NCBI GenBank assembly: GCA_039033835.1
Contig: JBCCBW010000019.1
Location: 14,036 to 78,035 of the forward strand
Direction of reading: 5' to 3'
Length of the DNA stretch: 64,000 nucleotides
Source of the DNA: Pseudomonadota bacterium
Lineage (GTDB): Bacteria; Pseudomonadota; Alphaproteobacteria; Sphingomonadales; Sphingomonadaceae
The notes under the pieces were generated by a model, which saw only the letters and a list, made by a program, of their open reading frames with translations, did no database searches and was not told where the DNA came from. Below, one piece after another: positions 49,406 through 57,880 of this stretch. The position numbers and the translations under genes are program-made. Positions within the stretch are counted from its first letter, which is position 1. Every line of letters starts with the position of its first letter.

Positions 49406-50173
49406 ATGAGCGACCAACCAACAACACGGATCGACGCGCATTTCATCGCTGCGGGCAAGTATCATGACATCGACTATCCCCGGCTGGAAATCCTGAAGCT
49501 GCTCGCCGAACATCCGCATATTCGCACGACGGTGGCAGCCGATTATTCGGGGCTGGAACGGCTCGATCAGTGCCGCTTCCTCATCACCTATACCTGCGAT
49601 CTGATGCCGACCGAGGAGCAGGCGGCGCAGCTGCGCGCGTGGGTCGAGGGCGGTGGCAAATGGCTGGCGCTGCATGGCACCAACTCGATCCTGGTTTTTA
49701 CCGAGGAAGGCCTGGTCGCTTGCCCGGAAGACCGCCCGGATGTGTTCGAAATGCTCGGCACGCAGTTCAAGGCGCATCCGGTTATTGGTCCATTCGAGGT
49801 CGAAGTGGTCAACAAGGATCACGAACTCACCCGCGGGATCGACGATTTCGAAGTGGTCGATGAGCTGTACCTGTCGAAGACAACCGCCCCGATCGACACG
49901 CTGATGCAAACCACGTTCGAAGGTGAAGCCACCGGCTTTGTCGAGGCAAACTGGGAAAAGACCAGCGTGCCGATCCTCTACACCCGCGACATCGGCAAGG
50001 GGCGGATCGTCTACAACACGCTCGGCCATTGCCGGGGGCACTACGACCTACCCGGAATGCAGGATTTCTACCCGCACAAGGAAATGTGCGCGTGGAATTA
50101 CGACGTTTACTACGACCTTCTGCGCCGCTCGATTGGCTGGGCCCAAAGAGACGATGCGCGAGAAGGCGAATAA
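49406..50173 (+). CDS. ThuA-like domain protein (2)
   Basis: GGKWLALHGT, HELTRGIDDFEVVDELY, GRIVYNTLGH; start ATG 49406. Confidence 0.8.
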   Translation: MSDQPTTRIDAHFIAAGKYHDIDYPRLEILKLLAEHPHIRTTVAADYSGLERLDQCRFLITYTCDLMPTEEQAAQLRAWVEGGGKWLALHGTNSILVFTEEGLVACPEDRPDVFEMLGTQFKAHPVIGPFEVEVVNKDHELTRGIDDFEVVDELYLSKTTAPIDTLMQTTFEGEATGFVEANWEKTSVPILYTRDIGKGRIVYNTLGHCRGHYDLPGMQDFYPHKEMCAWNYDVYYDLLRRSIGWAQRDDAREGE

Positions 50174-50185
50174 GGGACGCAAGCC

Positions 50186-51394
50186 ATGGATATGGAATTC
50201 ACCGCAGAGGACCTCGCTTTCCGCGAAGAAGTCAGGAATTTTCTCGCCGAAAAGCTCCCGGATCGCCTACGCGATGGCGCGCGCCGGACGCCGGGTGTGT
50301 TTGTCGAGCCCGATATCGGGATGGAGTGGCACCGCGCGCTCAACGAGCGTGGCTGGGTCGCGCCGCACTGGCCCAAGGAAGATGGCGGGACAGGATGGAC
50401 ACCGGTGCAGAAGTACCTGTTCGAAAAGGAATGCGCCCTTGCCGGCGCCCCCGCGATTTCGATTCTCGGCCTGCGGCTTGTCGGCCCGGTGATCTGCGAA
50501 TTCGGCACGCCAGAACAGAAAGCGCGCTTCCTGCCGCGCATTCTCTCCGGCGAGGATTACTGGTGTCAGGGATACTCGGAGCCGGGCTCGGGATCGGACC
50601 TTGCCTCGCTTAAGACGGCGGCTCGGCTTGAGGGCGATGAATATGTCGTCAACGGCTCAAAGATCTGGACCACCCACGCGCATCACGCCAACTGGATTTT
50701 CGCCCTCGTCCGCACGGATAATTCGGGCAAGAAGCAGTCAGGCATCACGTTCCTGCTGCTGCCGATGGATCAGCCGGAGGTCGAGGTCACCCCGATCCAT
50801 TCGATGTCGGGTGATCACGAAGTCAACCAGGTGTTCTTCTCCGACGCGCGCACATCGGTGGAGAACCGCATCGGAGAAGAAGGCGCAGGCTGGTCGATCG
50901 CCAAATTCCTGCTCGAAAACGAGCGCGGCGGATCGTGCTTTGCCCCTCGTCTGCTCCAATCGATCGAGAAGCTGTCGCAACTGGCGGAGGATCAACCTTC
51001 GGGCGTGAATGGAGCCATCGCCCACGACGCGCGGTTCCGTGACCGGCTGGCGCGCGCTCGGCTTGAAGCCGAAGCGCTGGAGGTCACCGAACTGCGCATC
51101 CTTGCCGAGCTGGCCAAGGGCCGTGCGCCCGGTCCGCAAACCTCGCTGGTGAAATTGCTCGGTGCCAATATCGGGCAGGAAGTCGACACATTGCGGCTCG
51201 AGCTGCTCGGCCCCGACGCGCTGCAACTGCCGCTGGAGCGCCCGCTTTATGGTAACGAAGCGCCCGAGCCGGTTGGCAGCGAACTCGCCCAGACCGCGAT
51301 GGGTCGGTACCTCAACAACCGCGCCGCGACGATCTTTGGCGGATCGGACGAAGTTCAGAAAAACATTATTGCCAAGACCGTTCTCGGTCTCTGA
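50186..51394 (+). CDS. acyl-CoA dehydrogenase, long (PimC-like) subunit
   Basis: WCQGYSEPGSGSDLASL, NGSKIWTT, LENERG, TIFGGSDEVQKNII. Confidence 0.92.
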   Translation: MDMEFTAEDLAFREEVRNFLAEKLPDRLRDGARRTPGVFVEPDIGMEWHRALNERGWVAPHWPKEDGGTGWTPVQKYLFEKECALAGAPAISILGLRLVGPVICEFGTPEQKARFLPRILSGEDYWCQGYSEPGSGSDLASLKTAARLEGDEYVVNGSKIWTTHAHHANWIFALVRTDNSGKKQSGITFLLLPMDQPEVEVTPIHSMSGDHEVNQVFFSDARTSVENRIGEEGAGWSIAKFLLENERGGSCFAPRLLQSIEKLSQLAEDQPSGVNGAIAHDARFRDRLARARLEAEALEVTELRILAELAKGRAPGPQTSLVKLLGANIGQEVDTLRLELLGPDALQLPLERPLYGNEAPEPVGSELAQTAMGRYLNNRAATIFGGSDEVQKNIIAKTVLGL

Positions 51395-51417
51395 ACGCCT
51401 TTTAGGAGACTGACCAA

Positions 51418-52320
51418 ATGGACGTATCGAAGCTGATGTTCCGCGATGGCCTGATGGACGGCGAGCGCATCCTCGTCACCGGCGGCGGCACCGGATTGGG
51501 TCGCGAAATGGCCGAAGGGTTTTTGAAGCTCGGCGCAACCGTCTACATTTGCGGACGGCGCCAGAACAAGCTGGATGAGACCGCCGCTGAGGTAATGGAA
51601 CAGCACGGCGGAAAGGTCGTCGCCCATGCCTGCGACATTCGCGATGCCGATGCAATCCATACCATGGTAGATGCGATCTGGGCCGATGGCGGAGCGCTGA
51701 CCGGTGTGGTCAACAACGCAGCGGGCAACTTCATCAGCCGCACTGAAGATCTGTCGGTCAACGGCTTCAACGCCATCGCAGACATCGTCATGCGCGGTAC
51801 GTTTTATGTGACGCTCGATATCGGCAAGCGATTAATCGAGGAAAAGAAAACCGCGAGTTTCCTTTCGATCCTCACCACCTGGGTCTGGTCGGGCAGTGCT
51901 TTCGTGGTGCCAAGCGCGATGTCGAAGACAGCGATCCACGCGATGACGCAGAGCCTCGCTACCGAATGGGGCCGCTATGGCCTGCGCTTCAACGCCATCG
52001 CGCCGGGGCTATTCCCGACCAAGGGCATGAGTGCGCGGCTATCCCCTGGCGGGCAAGGCGGCAATTCCAAAAACGATCTCAACCCGATGGGCCGTGCCGG
52101 CGAGATGCACGAACTCGCCAATCTCGCCGTGTTCCTGCTGGGACAGGGCGCGGAATATGTGAACGGCCAGACGATCGCGATCGACGGCGCAGGCTATCAG
52201 GCAAACGGCGGCACGTTCTACCCGCAGCTCCACGCGATGGGCGACAATGAGTGGGACATGATGCGCCAGATGATCAAAGGCACCAACGCCAAGGACAAGG
52301 CGGATCGGGCGACAGGGTGA
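51418..52320 (+). CDS. SDR, 2,4-dienoyl-CoA reductase-like
   Basis: TGGGTGLG, NNAAGNFI, PSAMSK (no catalytic Tyr, as in the DECR/TER subfamily). Confidence 0.85.
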   Translation: MDVSKLMFRDGLMDGERILVTGGGTGLGREMAEGFLKLGATVYICGRRQNKLDETAAEVMEQHGGKVVAHACDIRDADAIHTMVDAIWADGGALTGVVNNAAGNFISRTEDLSVNGFNAIADIVMRGTFYVTLDIGKRLIEEKKTASFLSILTTWVWSGSAFVVPSAMSKTAIHAMTQSLATEWGRYGLRFNAIAPGLFPTKGMSARLSPGGQGGNSKNDLNPMGRAGEMHELANLAVFLLGQGAEYVNGQTIAIDGAGYQANGGTFYPQLHAMGDNEWDMMRQMIKGTNAKDKADRATG

Positions 52321-52397
52321 GGGACGGAGCGCCTATAGCCGGCCAGACCCCTATCGACCCATTCTCGGTCATTCTCGAACGCCGATCACTCATCATC

Positions 52398-52928
52398 TCA
52401 ATCATTATCGAAACACCCCAAAGCCTCGAGCATGCGGAACTCTCCTAGACCGAGCGCATCAAACTCGTCTGTCTCACCTTCAGCTTCAACGCCTAATTCT
52501 GCCAAGCCTTCGCTAATAGGGGATTTGGATGCTGTGTGCCGCCCAGAAAACATGCCGCCTAGGACATTAAGCAATGATCTCTTTGTTTGCTTCGCAAACG
52601 TAGAGATCGACCGATTCCATAACATTTCACCATTCTCAAAAATAGCAGCATGTTGACTTCCCATACCGCCAAAGTAGTCGGTCTCAATGTAGATTGCTCG
52701 ACCTTGGCCTAGCCAGCGTCCAATTTCGTCGGCCATACTTTGGTTAAGGTGGCAAAAGTCGCCGATGGGTCGTTCATCCCATATACCGAGCTCATCAAGA
52801 CGCCGATCATCCAGAGGTACAATCACCAAGCCAAACGGCACTTCCGTTGGCTCCGGAGCGCCAAAACGATCAATAAGCTTGGCAAGCGTCCGTCGGTTTC
52901 CGATGAGTGCGTTTATATGGTGGCCCAT
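52398..52928 (-). CDS. hypothetical protein (lower GC)
   Basis: 176-aa ORF with IYIETDYFGGMGSQHAA; visibly more AT-rich than neighbours. Confidence 0.7.
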   Translation of the reverse strand: MGHHINALIGNRRTLAKLIDRFGAPEPTEVPFGLVIVPLDDRRLDELGIWDERPIGDFCHLNQSMADEIGRWLGQGRAIYIETDYFGGMGSQHAAIFENGEMLWNRSISTFAKQTKRSLLNVLGGMFSGRHTASKSPISEGLAELGVEAEGETDEFDALGLGEFRMLEALGCFDND

Positions 52929-53009
52929 GAGGTAGCCGTAAGCCGATCAACAACAAATTTAATGTCCACTTTCACCCGCATAATCGGATGGCGACTTCCG
53001 ACTGGATCG

Positions 53010-54632
53010 TCACTCCGTATTCTCATCCGCCAACTGCTGCGCCGTCTTGTAATCCGGCTTGCCATTGTTCAGTCGTAGGGATCGGTCGGTGAATACATAC
53101 ATTCGCGGTATCTTGTACCCGGCCAGCTCGTCGCGCGCATGGCCGTCGAGTGCCTCTTCCAATCTGTCCGGCGCACAGCCTTTGATTTCGACCACTGCGA
53201 CGACCTTCCGCCCAAACCGCTCATCGGGCAGGCTGACGACGCGCACATCGTTCACCGCCGGGTGGCTTTGCAGGACCGCTTCGACTTCTTCGGGGAAGAC
53301 CTTCTCGCCGCCCGTGTTGATGCACATATTGTCTCGGCCGATGAACTCCATCGTGCCATCGGGCGACCAACGGGCCTGATCCCCCGTCATCAACCAGCGC
53401 TTGCCGCCGATCTCGGGGAAGGTTTGCGCGTTCTTCTCGGTCTCGCCGAGATAGCCGAGCGGCAGCGGGCCGGTGCGTGCGACGATGCCCACGCCCTCTT
53501 CGCCCGGTTCGATTTCCTTCAAATTTTCGTCGAACAGTTTGGTCTCTCGCCCTGGAAGCGGCTGAAATTTGCCTCCGCCGGTCGATCCGGCGGCTGTGGT
53601 GATAACGATACCGGTGCCTGAGCTTTCGCTGGAGCCGAGCGCGTCGATGATCACCATCTGCGGATGATGGCCAAGCAACCGCTTCTTCAAGCCTTCGGAA
53701 AACACAGCGCCCGATGATGTCACCATCCGCAGGCTCGCAAGCACATCGGCCCCATCGCCGCGAGCATCCAGTCGATCGGCGAGCGGAAGCGCGAAAGCAT
53801 CGCCGACGATGAAGATACCGCGCGCACCCAGCCGCTTGACCTCGTCCAGCGCCAGATCGGCATCGAACTTCTCCGCTGGAAGCAGGGCCAGTGTCCCACC
53901 TTTCAACAGGTGGATAACGGCTGTGAATTGCCCAGCGCCATGCATCAGCGGGCTGAGCAGCAGCATCGGCGACATGCTCGCAGGATGATCGGGGCCGATC
54001 CTGGCCGCTTCATCGACCTGCGCTTCGAGCGAGGTGGCAACGAAGGGCGGCTCGCCAAAACCGCGCTGCCAGACCGAGATATTGAACGCCTGCCATGCCT
54101 CGACCATCGGCCACATCACCGCTTTGGGCATGCCGGTGGTGCCGCCGGTCGCGGTCAGGAACAGCGCCTGCGGATCGTCATTGATAGCGAAATCAGATGG
54201 CAGATCGTGCGCTCGCAATGCTGCCCAATCTGCGTGGCCGACATCGATTGTCACCGTGTCCGCTGGCATCGCCGCCGCACCCGGCTCAGCAAAGTCGCTT
54301 TCGGTGAACAGCGCCTTCAGGCCGAACCGCTCGAAGATGTCGGCGAGTTCGCGGGCCTTGTAGTGGTAGTTCACATTCACCGGAACCACGCCTGCTTTGA
54401 TGCAGCCGAAATAGGCGAGAATGTAATCGGGATTGTTGCGCAGCATCTGGCCCGCAATGTCGCCGGGTTTCAGGCCACGCTCGCTCAGGCCCGCCGCGAT
54501 TGCATCGGTTTGCGCATCCAGCTCACCCCAACTGAGCACCCGATCACCATGGACCACGGCAGGACGGTCCGGCTCGATTGCCGCAGCCAGTGCCTTCAGC
54601 GCATGACCAAAATTCTCGCCCTGCCACACCAT
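53010..54632 (-). CDS. acyl-CoA synthetase (ANL family, FadD19-like)
   Basis: TGGTTGMPK, LGSSES, TGDQA, GRDNMCINTGGEKVFPEEVE, NNGKPDY; real start ATG 54632. Confidence 0.92.
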   Translation of the reverse strand: MVWQGENFGHALKALAAAIEPDRPAVVHGDRVLSWGELDAQTDAIAAGLSERGLKPGDIAGQMLRNNPDYILAYFGCIKAGVVPVNVNYHYKARELADIFERFGLKALFTESDFAEPGAAAMPADTVTIDVGHADWAALRAHDLPSDFAINDDPQALFLTATGGTTGMPKAVMWPMVEAWQAFNISVWQRGFGEPPFVATSLEAQVDEAARIGPDHPASMSPMLLLSPLMHGAGQFTAVIHLLKGGTLALLPAEKFDADLALDEVKRLGARGIFIVGDAFALPLADRLDARGDGADVLASLRMVTSSGAVFSEGLKKRLLGHHPQMVIIDALGSSESSGTGIVITTAAGSTGGGKFQPLPGRETKLFDENLKEIEPGEEGVGIVARTGPLPLGYLGETEKNAQTFPEIGGKRWLMTGDQARWSPDGTMEFIGRDNMCINTGGEKVFPEEVEAVLQSHPAVNDVRVVSLPDERFGRKVVAVVEIKGCAPDRLEEALDGHARDELAGYKIPRMYVFTDRSLRLNNGKPDYKTAQQLADENTE

Positions 54633-54767
54633 CGCCTGAATCTCCTTTACAGTGCTCGTGGCGTAGCCAGCAGAAACCCGCAATGCCCCTGCGTAAAGTA
54701 TGAGGCGAATCACATAAGATGGGTTAGGCTGCGCGCGACGGGACTTGAGGAGAGGAGGAGCCAGACC

Positions 54768-55577
54768 ATGGCAACAAACGTAGTCGAGCTGCGCACGCCG
54801 CAGGGCCGCGAAAAGCTTGAGCAATTGCTCGAGCAGGTCACCATCACCTGCCCGGAGGACATTCACGATGCCGCTGTTGCGCTCGCCCGGATGGCGCAGG
54901 AGCGCGGGATGCAGATCGCGGTATGCGATGACATTTCCTCGAAAGAACCGATGGTCGATGCCGAAGGGACGATCCTGAACGCCGATGTATTCCGCTGGCT
55001 GGATGATGGATCGCGCTGGTGGGAGGATCATCGCCTGGCGCTGCATTCGCCCCTTCCGCGAGCGTGTCGGTATGAAAGCGAACCGTTCTGGGTGAACAGC
55101 CAGGGATTCAACACGCGCTGGCGCAATTCCTATCTGGAAGAACTGGATCTCACCGATTTCGAGAAACGATCGCTGTGCAAGGCTGCGATCGTCATTCCGG
55201 TCCACCTGCCGTTCGGCCAGATTTCCGCGAACAGCTTCATCAGCATGGACCGCGAGAAAGAGGATCTGAGCGAGGAATTCGCGACCTACGGATCGCTGTT
55301 CGCGCAGGTCACACGGCGGTTTGTGGCTGGCTATGTGCAAGCGCACCGAACCAAGCGTCGGATTCCGTCCGATTGCGTGCTGTCCAAGCGCGAAGTGGAA
55401 TGCCTGCGCTGGGCCGCGATCGGCAAAACCGACAAGGAAATCAGTATGATCCTTGAACGCAGCCACGCCACGATCCGCTATCACATCCACCGCGCTGGCG
55501 AAAAGCTGGATAGCGTGAACCGCGCGCAGACGATCTTCAAGGCGGGTCAGCTGGGGTATCTGGGGGCGAATAGTTAG
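54768..55577 (+). CDS. LuxR-family regulator (autoinducer-binding-type N-domain + HTH), no cognate luxI in window
   Basis: SPLPRACRYESEPFW and IPVHLPFG N-domain; LSKREVECLRWAAIGKTDKEIS HTH; strong GGAGG RBS before ATG 54768. Confidence 0.92.
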   Translation: MATNVVELRTPQGREKLEQLLEQVTITCPEDIHDAAVALARMAQERGMQIAVCDDISSKEPMVDAEGTILNADVFRWLDDGSRWWEDHRLALHSPLPRACRYESEPFWVNSQGFNTRWRNSYLEELDLTDFEKRSLCKAAIVIPVHLPFGQISANSFISMDREKEDLSEEFATYGSLFAQVTRRFVAGYVQAHRTKRRIPSDCVLSKREVECLRWAAIGKTDKEISMILERSHATIRYHIHRAGEKLDSVNRAQTIFKAGQLGYLGANS

Positions 55578-55588
55578 GGTTATTTGTC

Positions 55589-55812
55589 TTTCGCACCCGC
55601 ATCCGCGGGCGCGTCCTCGCTAGACGTCCTCCGCTTCGCTACGGACCCGCTGCGGGCGGGCGGTCGCCCTTGCGACGCCTGCGGCGTCGAATTAGCGCTT
55701 CCTTGGCGGCTTGGTGGCGGAGCACGGTCGCGATAGCGGACCGGCCGCCCGCAGCGACGCGACCTTCAGGTCGCATGAGCGAGGATATCGCAGCCCGGAT
55801 GGGCTGCGGAAA
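55589..55812. repeat. about 220-bp nested inverted repeat (REP/MITE-like) between convergent genes
   Basis: GCTGCGGGCGGGCGGTC vs GACCGGCCGCCCGCAGC arms; TCCTCGCT vs AGCGAGGA; internal GCGACCT-TC-AGGTCGC hairpin. Confidence 0.65.
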
Positions 55813-56346
55813 TCAAAGACTCCTCAACGGCTCGCTCCCATCCCAGTCCTCGCCAGCCTGCTTGATCATCGCAAACAGCCCTGGTCCGGCTTCACCCTGT
55901 TGCAGGATTTCCACCAAGCTACCTGGCCCTTGTCCCGGATCGACATAAATCACCCGGCTGTCTCCGAGCGATCCCTCGATCACAATCTCAGCACACTGTT
56001 CGCCGCAGACGCGATACGCCTCTTCGATATCGTCGACGAGAATGCAGACATGGTGCAGCCCATCATTCACAGCCGCATATTCACCCGAATAGATCGACGG
56101 GTGATCGTCGCGTGGGCGGATCAGCTCGATCTGGAGATCGCCCCAATAGGCCAACGCGAGATCGAAAACGGCCTCCGTAGGTTCACCGTGGTACTTCATG
56201 CCTTCCAGATGAATGCCCTCCATCAGGAAGAATGGCCCTACGCCCATCACCTCGGTCCAGTGCCTGACCGCAGCGTCGAAATCCTTCGGCACAAAGGCAA
56301 GCTGCATTACCTCCCCCAGCCCTGCAATTCCTCCTGCGCGCGCCAT
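55813..56346 (-). CDS. VOC/glyoxalase family protein (2)
   Basis: MQLAFVPKDF, LQIELI, GLHHVCILVDD, LVEILQ; GGAGAGG RBS before ATG 56346. Confidence 0.85.
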   Translation of the reverse strand: MARAGGIAGLGEVMQLAFVPKDFDAAVRHWTEVMGVGPFFLMEGIHLEGMKYHGEPTEAVFDLALAYWGDLQIELIRPRDDHPSIYSGEYAAVNDGLHHVCILVDDIEEAYRVCGEQCAEIVIEGSLGDSRVIYVDPGQGPGSLVEILQQGEAGPGLFAMIKQAGEDWDGSEPLRSL

Positions 56347-56447
56347 GAATCCTCTCCAATCCGATAGTGTGACCGCAGGGCGAACCTGTGTGATATTCTC
56401 TCCAACGGACACTGCACAAAGTGCGAGGAATCAGGATCACACCCGCC

Positions 56448-57872
56448 ATGAACGAGATCAAAGACATCAAACGCCAAGATCGCTGCCCGGGCATGACCTA
56501 TACCGACATGCTCGAAGGCGACACGCGCACGCCGCCGGATTACCTGTTCGAAGAAACGAACATCGACATGCCGAACGATCCGCTGCCGATCGAGCCGTAT
56601 GTGAGCGAGGAATATGCAGCGCTCGAACGCGAGAAGCTGTGGCCGAATGTCTGGCTGTTCGCCGCGCGCGAGGATGAGCTGCCCGATCCCGGCGACACGG
56701 TCGTGTTCGAGATCAACGAGAAAAGCTTCCTGATCACCCGCCAGCGCGACGGCAGCGTGCGCGCGTTCTACAATGTTTGCCTGCACCGCGGACGCAAGTT
56801 GCGCACCGAAGATGGCAACACCACGCAGTTCCGCTGCCCGTTCCACGGCTTCACCTGGAAAACCGATGGATCGCTGAAAGAAATTCCGTGCGAATGGGAC
56901 TTCAAGCATTTGCAGGACAAGGACATGAGCCTGCCCGAAGTTCGCGTCGAGCTGTGGCAGGGCTTTGTGATGATCACCGAGAACGCCGATCTGCCGGACT
57001 TCAAGACCTGGCTCGGCCCGGCAGCCGATCACTACGACAATTACGACATGGAAAACCGCTACACCGGCATGTGGGTCGCGCGGAAGATCCCGGCCAACTG
57101 GAAGGCCACAGCCGAGGCCTTCATGGAAGCGTGGCATTCAATCACCACGCACCCGCAATTGCTGCCGTTTCTCGGCGATGCCAACAGCCGCTACGACCTG
57201 ATCGGCGACCACTTCAATCGTGCGATCACTCCGTCAGGCGTGCTCAGCCCGCATCTCAAGGGCAAGACTCAGCAATATGTGCTCGACAAGATGGCTGAGT
57301 TCTCCGGTGGATCGGATGCCGAGACCAATCGCCGCTATGCCGCGAGTGAGGAGCAGGTCGAGATCGACGAGAGCGATCCGTTGCAAGCGCGCAAGCTGTT
57401 GGCCGAGGCCAGCCGGGCTGGCTTCGCCGAAGCATATGGCCACGATTATTCGGACAAGTCGGACTCCGAAATTCTCGACAATTTCACCTACAACATCTTC
57501 CCCAACTTCGCGCCGTGGATCGGGTATCTTCCGACGCTGTGCTACCGCTGGCTGCCCGGCGACACGCCCGATTGGTGCGTGATGGAGATCCGCTTGCTGT
57601 TCCCGACGCCCAAGGGCGAGAAGCGACCGCGCGCAGTCGAGAAGGTCACTATTCCCGAAGACCAACCCTTCGCCTGGGCCAAGGATGTCATGGGCGAAGC
57701 GCTGGCGGGTGTGTTCGATCAGGACATGGCGAACCTGCCGCATGTGCAGACGGGCATGAAGGCATCGGGCAACGGGATCATGGAACTCGGCGCGTATCAG
57801 GATAGCCGTGTGCGCCATTTCCAGACGACTTTGCGGAAATATATCGACGGCGAGCTGCCAGCCGCTAAGTAG
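56448..57872 (+). CDS. Rieske non-heme iron oxygenase alpha subunit (3)
   Basis: CLH...CPFH and EAWHSITTH motifs, DQDMANL. Confidence 0.92.
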   Translation: MNEIKDIKRQDRCPGMTYTDMLEGDTRTPPDYLFEETNIDMPNDPLPIEPYVSEEYAALEREKLWPNVWLFAAREDELPDPGDTVVFEINEKSFLITRQRDGSVRAFYNVCLHRGRKLRTEDGNTTQFRCPFHGFTWKTDGSLKEIPCEWDFKHLQDKDMSLPEVRVELWQGFVMITENADLPDFKTWLGPAADHYDNYDMENRYTGMWVARKIPANWKATAEAFMEAWHSITTHPQLLPFLGDANSRYDLIGDHFNRAITPSGVLSPHLKGKTQQYVLDKMAEFSGGSDAETNRRYAASEEQVEIDESDPLQARKLLAEASRAGFAEAYGHDYSDKSDSEILDNFTYNIFPNFAPWIGYLPTLCYRWLPGDTPDWCVMEIRLLFPTPKGEKRPRAVEKVTIPEDQPFAWAKDVMGEALAGVFDQDMANLPHVQTGMKASGNGIMELGAYQDSRVRHFQTTLRKYIDGELPAAK

Positions 57873-57880
57873 CTCTGTCC

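Noticed and set aside
53010-55577. Apparent overlapping giant ORFs 53010..55490 (-) and 53910..55577 (+), and the 558-aa ORF 38993..40669
   Set aside because: The N-terminal extensions are antisense read-through of neighbouring genes; real starts with RBS are at 54632, 54768 and 39994.
54768-55577. LuxI/LuxR quorum-sensing system
   Set aside because: There is no AHL synthase in the window and key AHL-contact residues appear substituted.
29948-56346. VOC proteins as extradiol ring-cleavage dioxygenases, implying aromatic degradation
   Set aside because: Both are about 178-aa glyoxalase/epimerase-like proteins, not about 300-aa two-domain extradiol enzymes, and no meta-cleavage hydrolase or aldolase genes are present.
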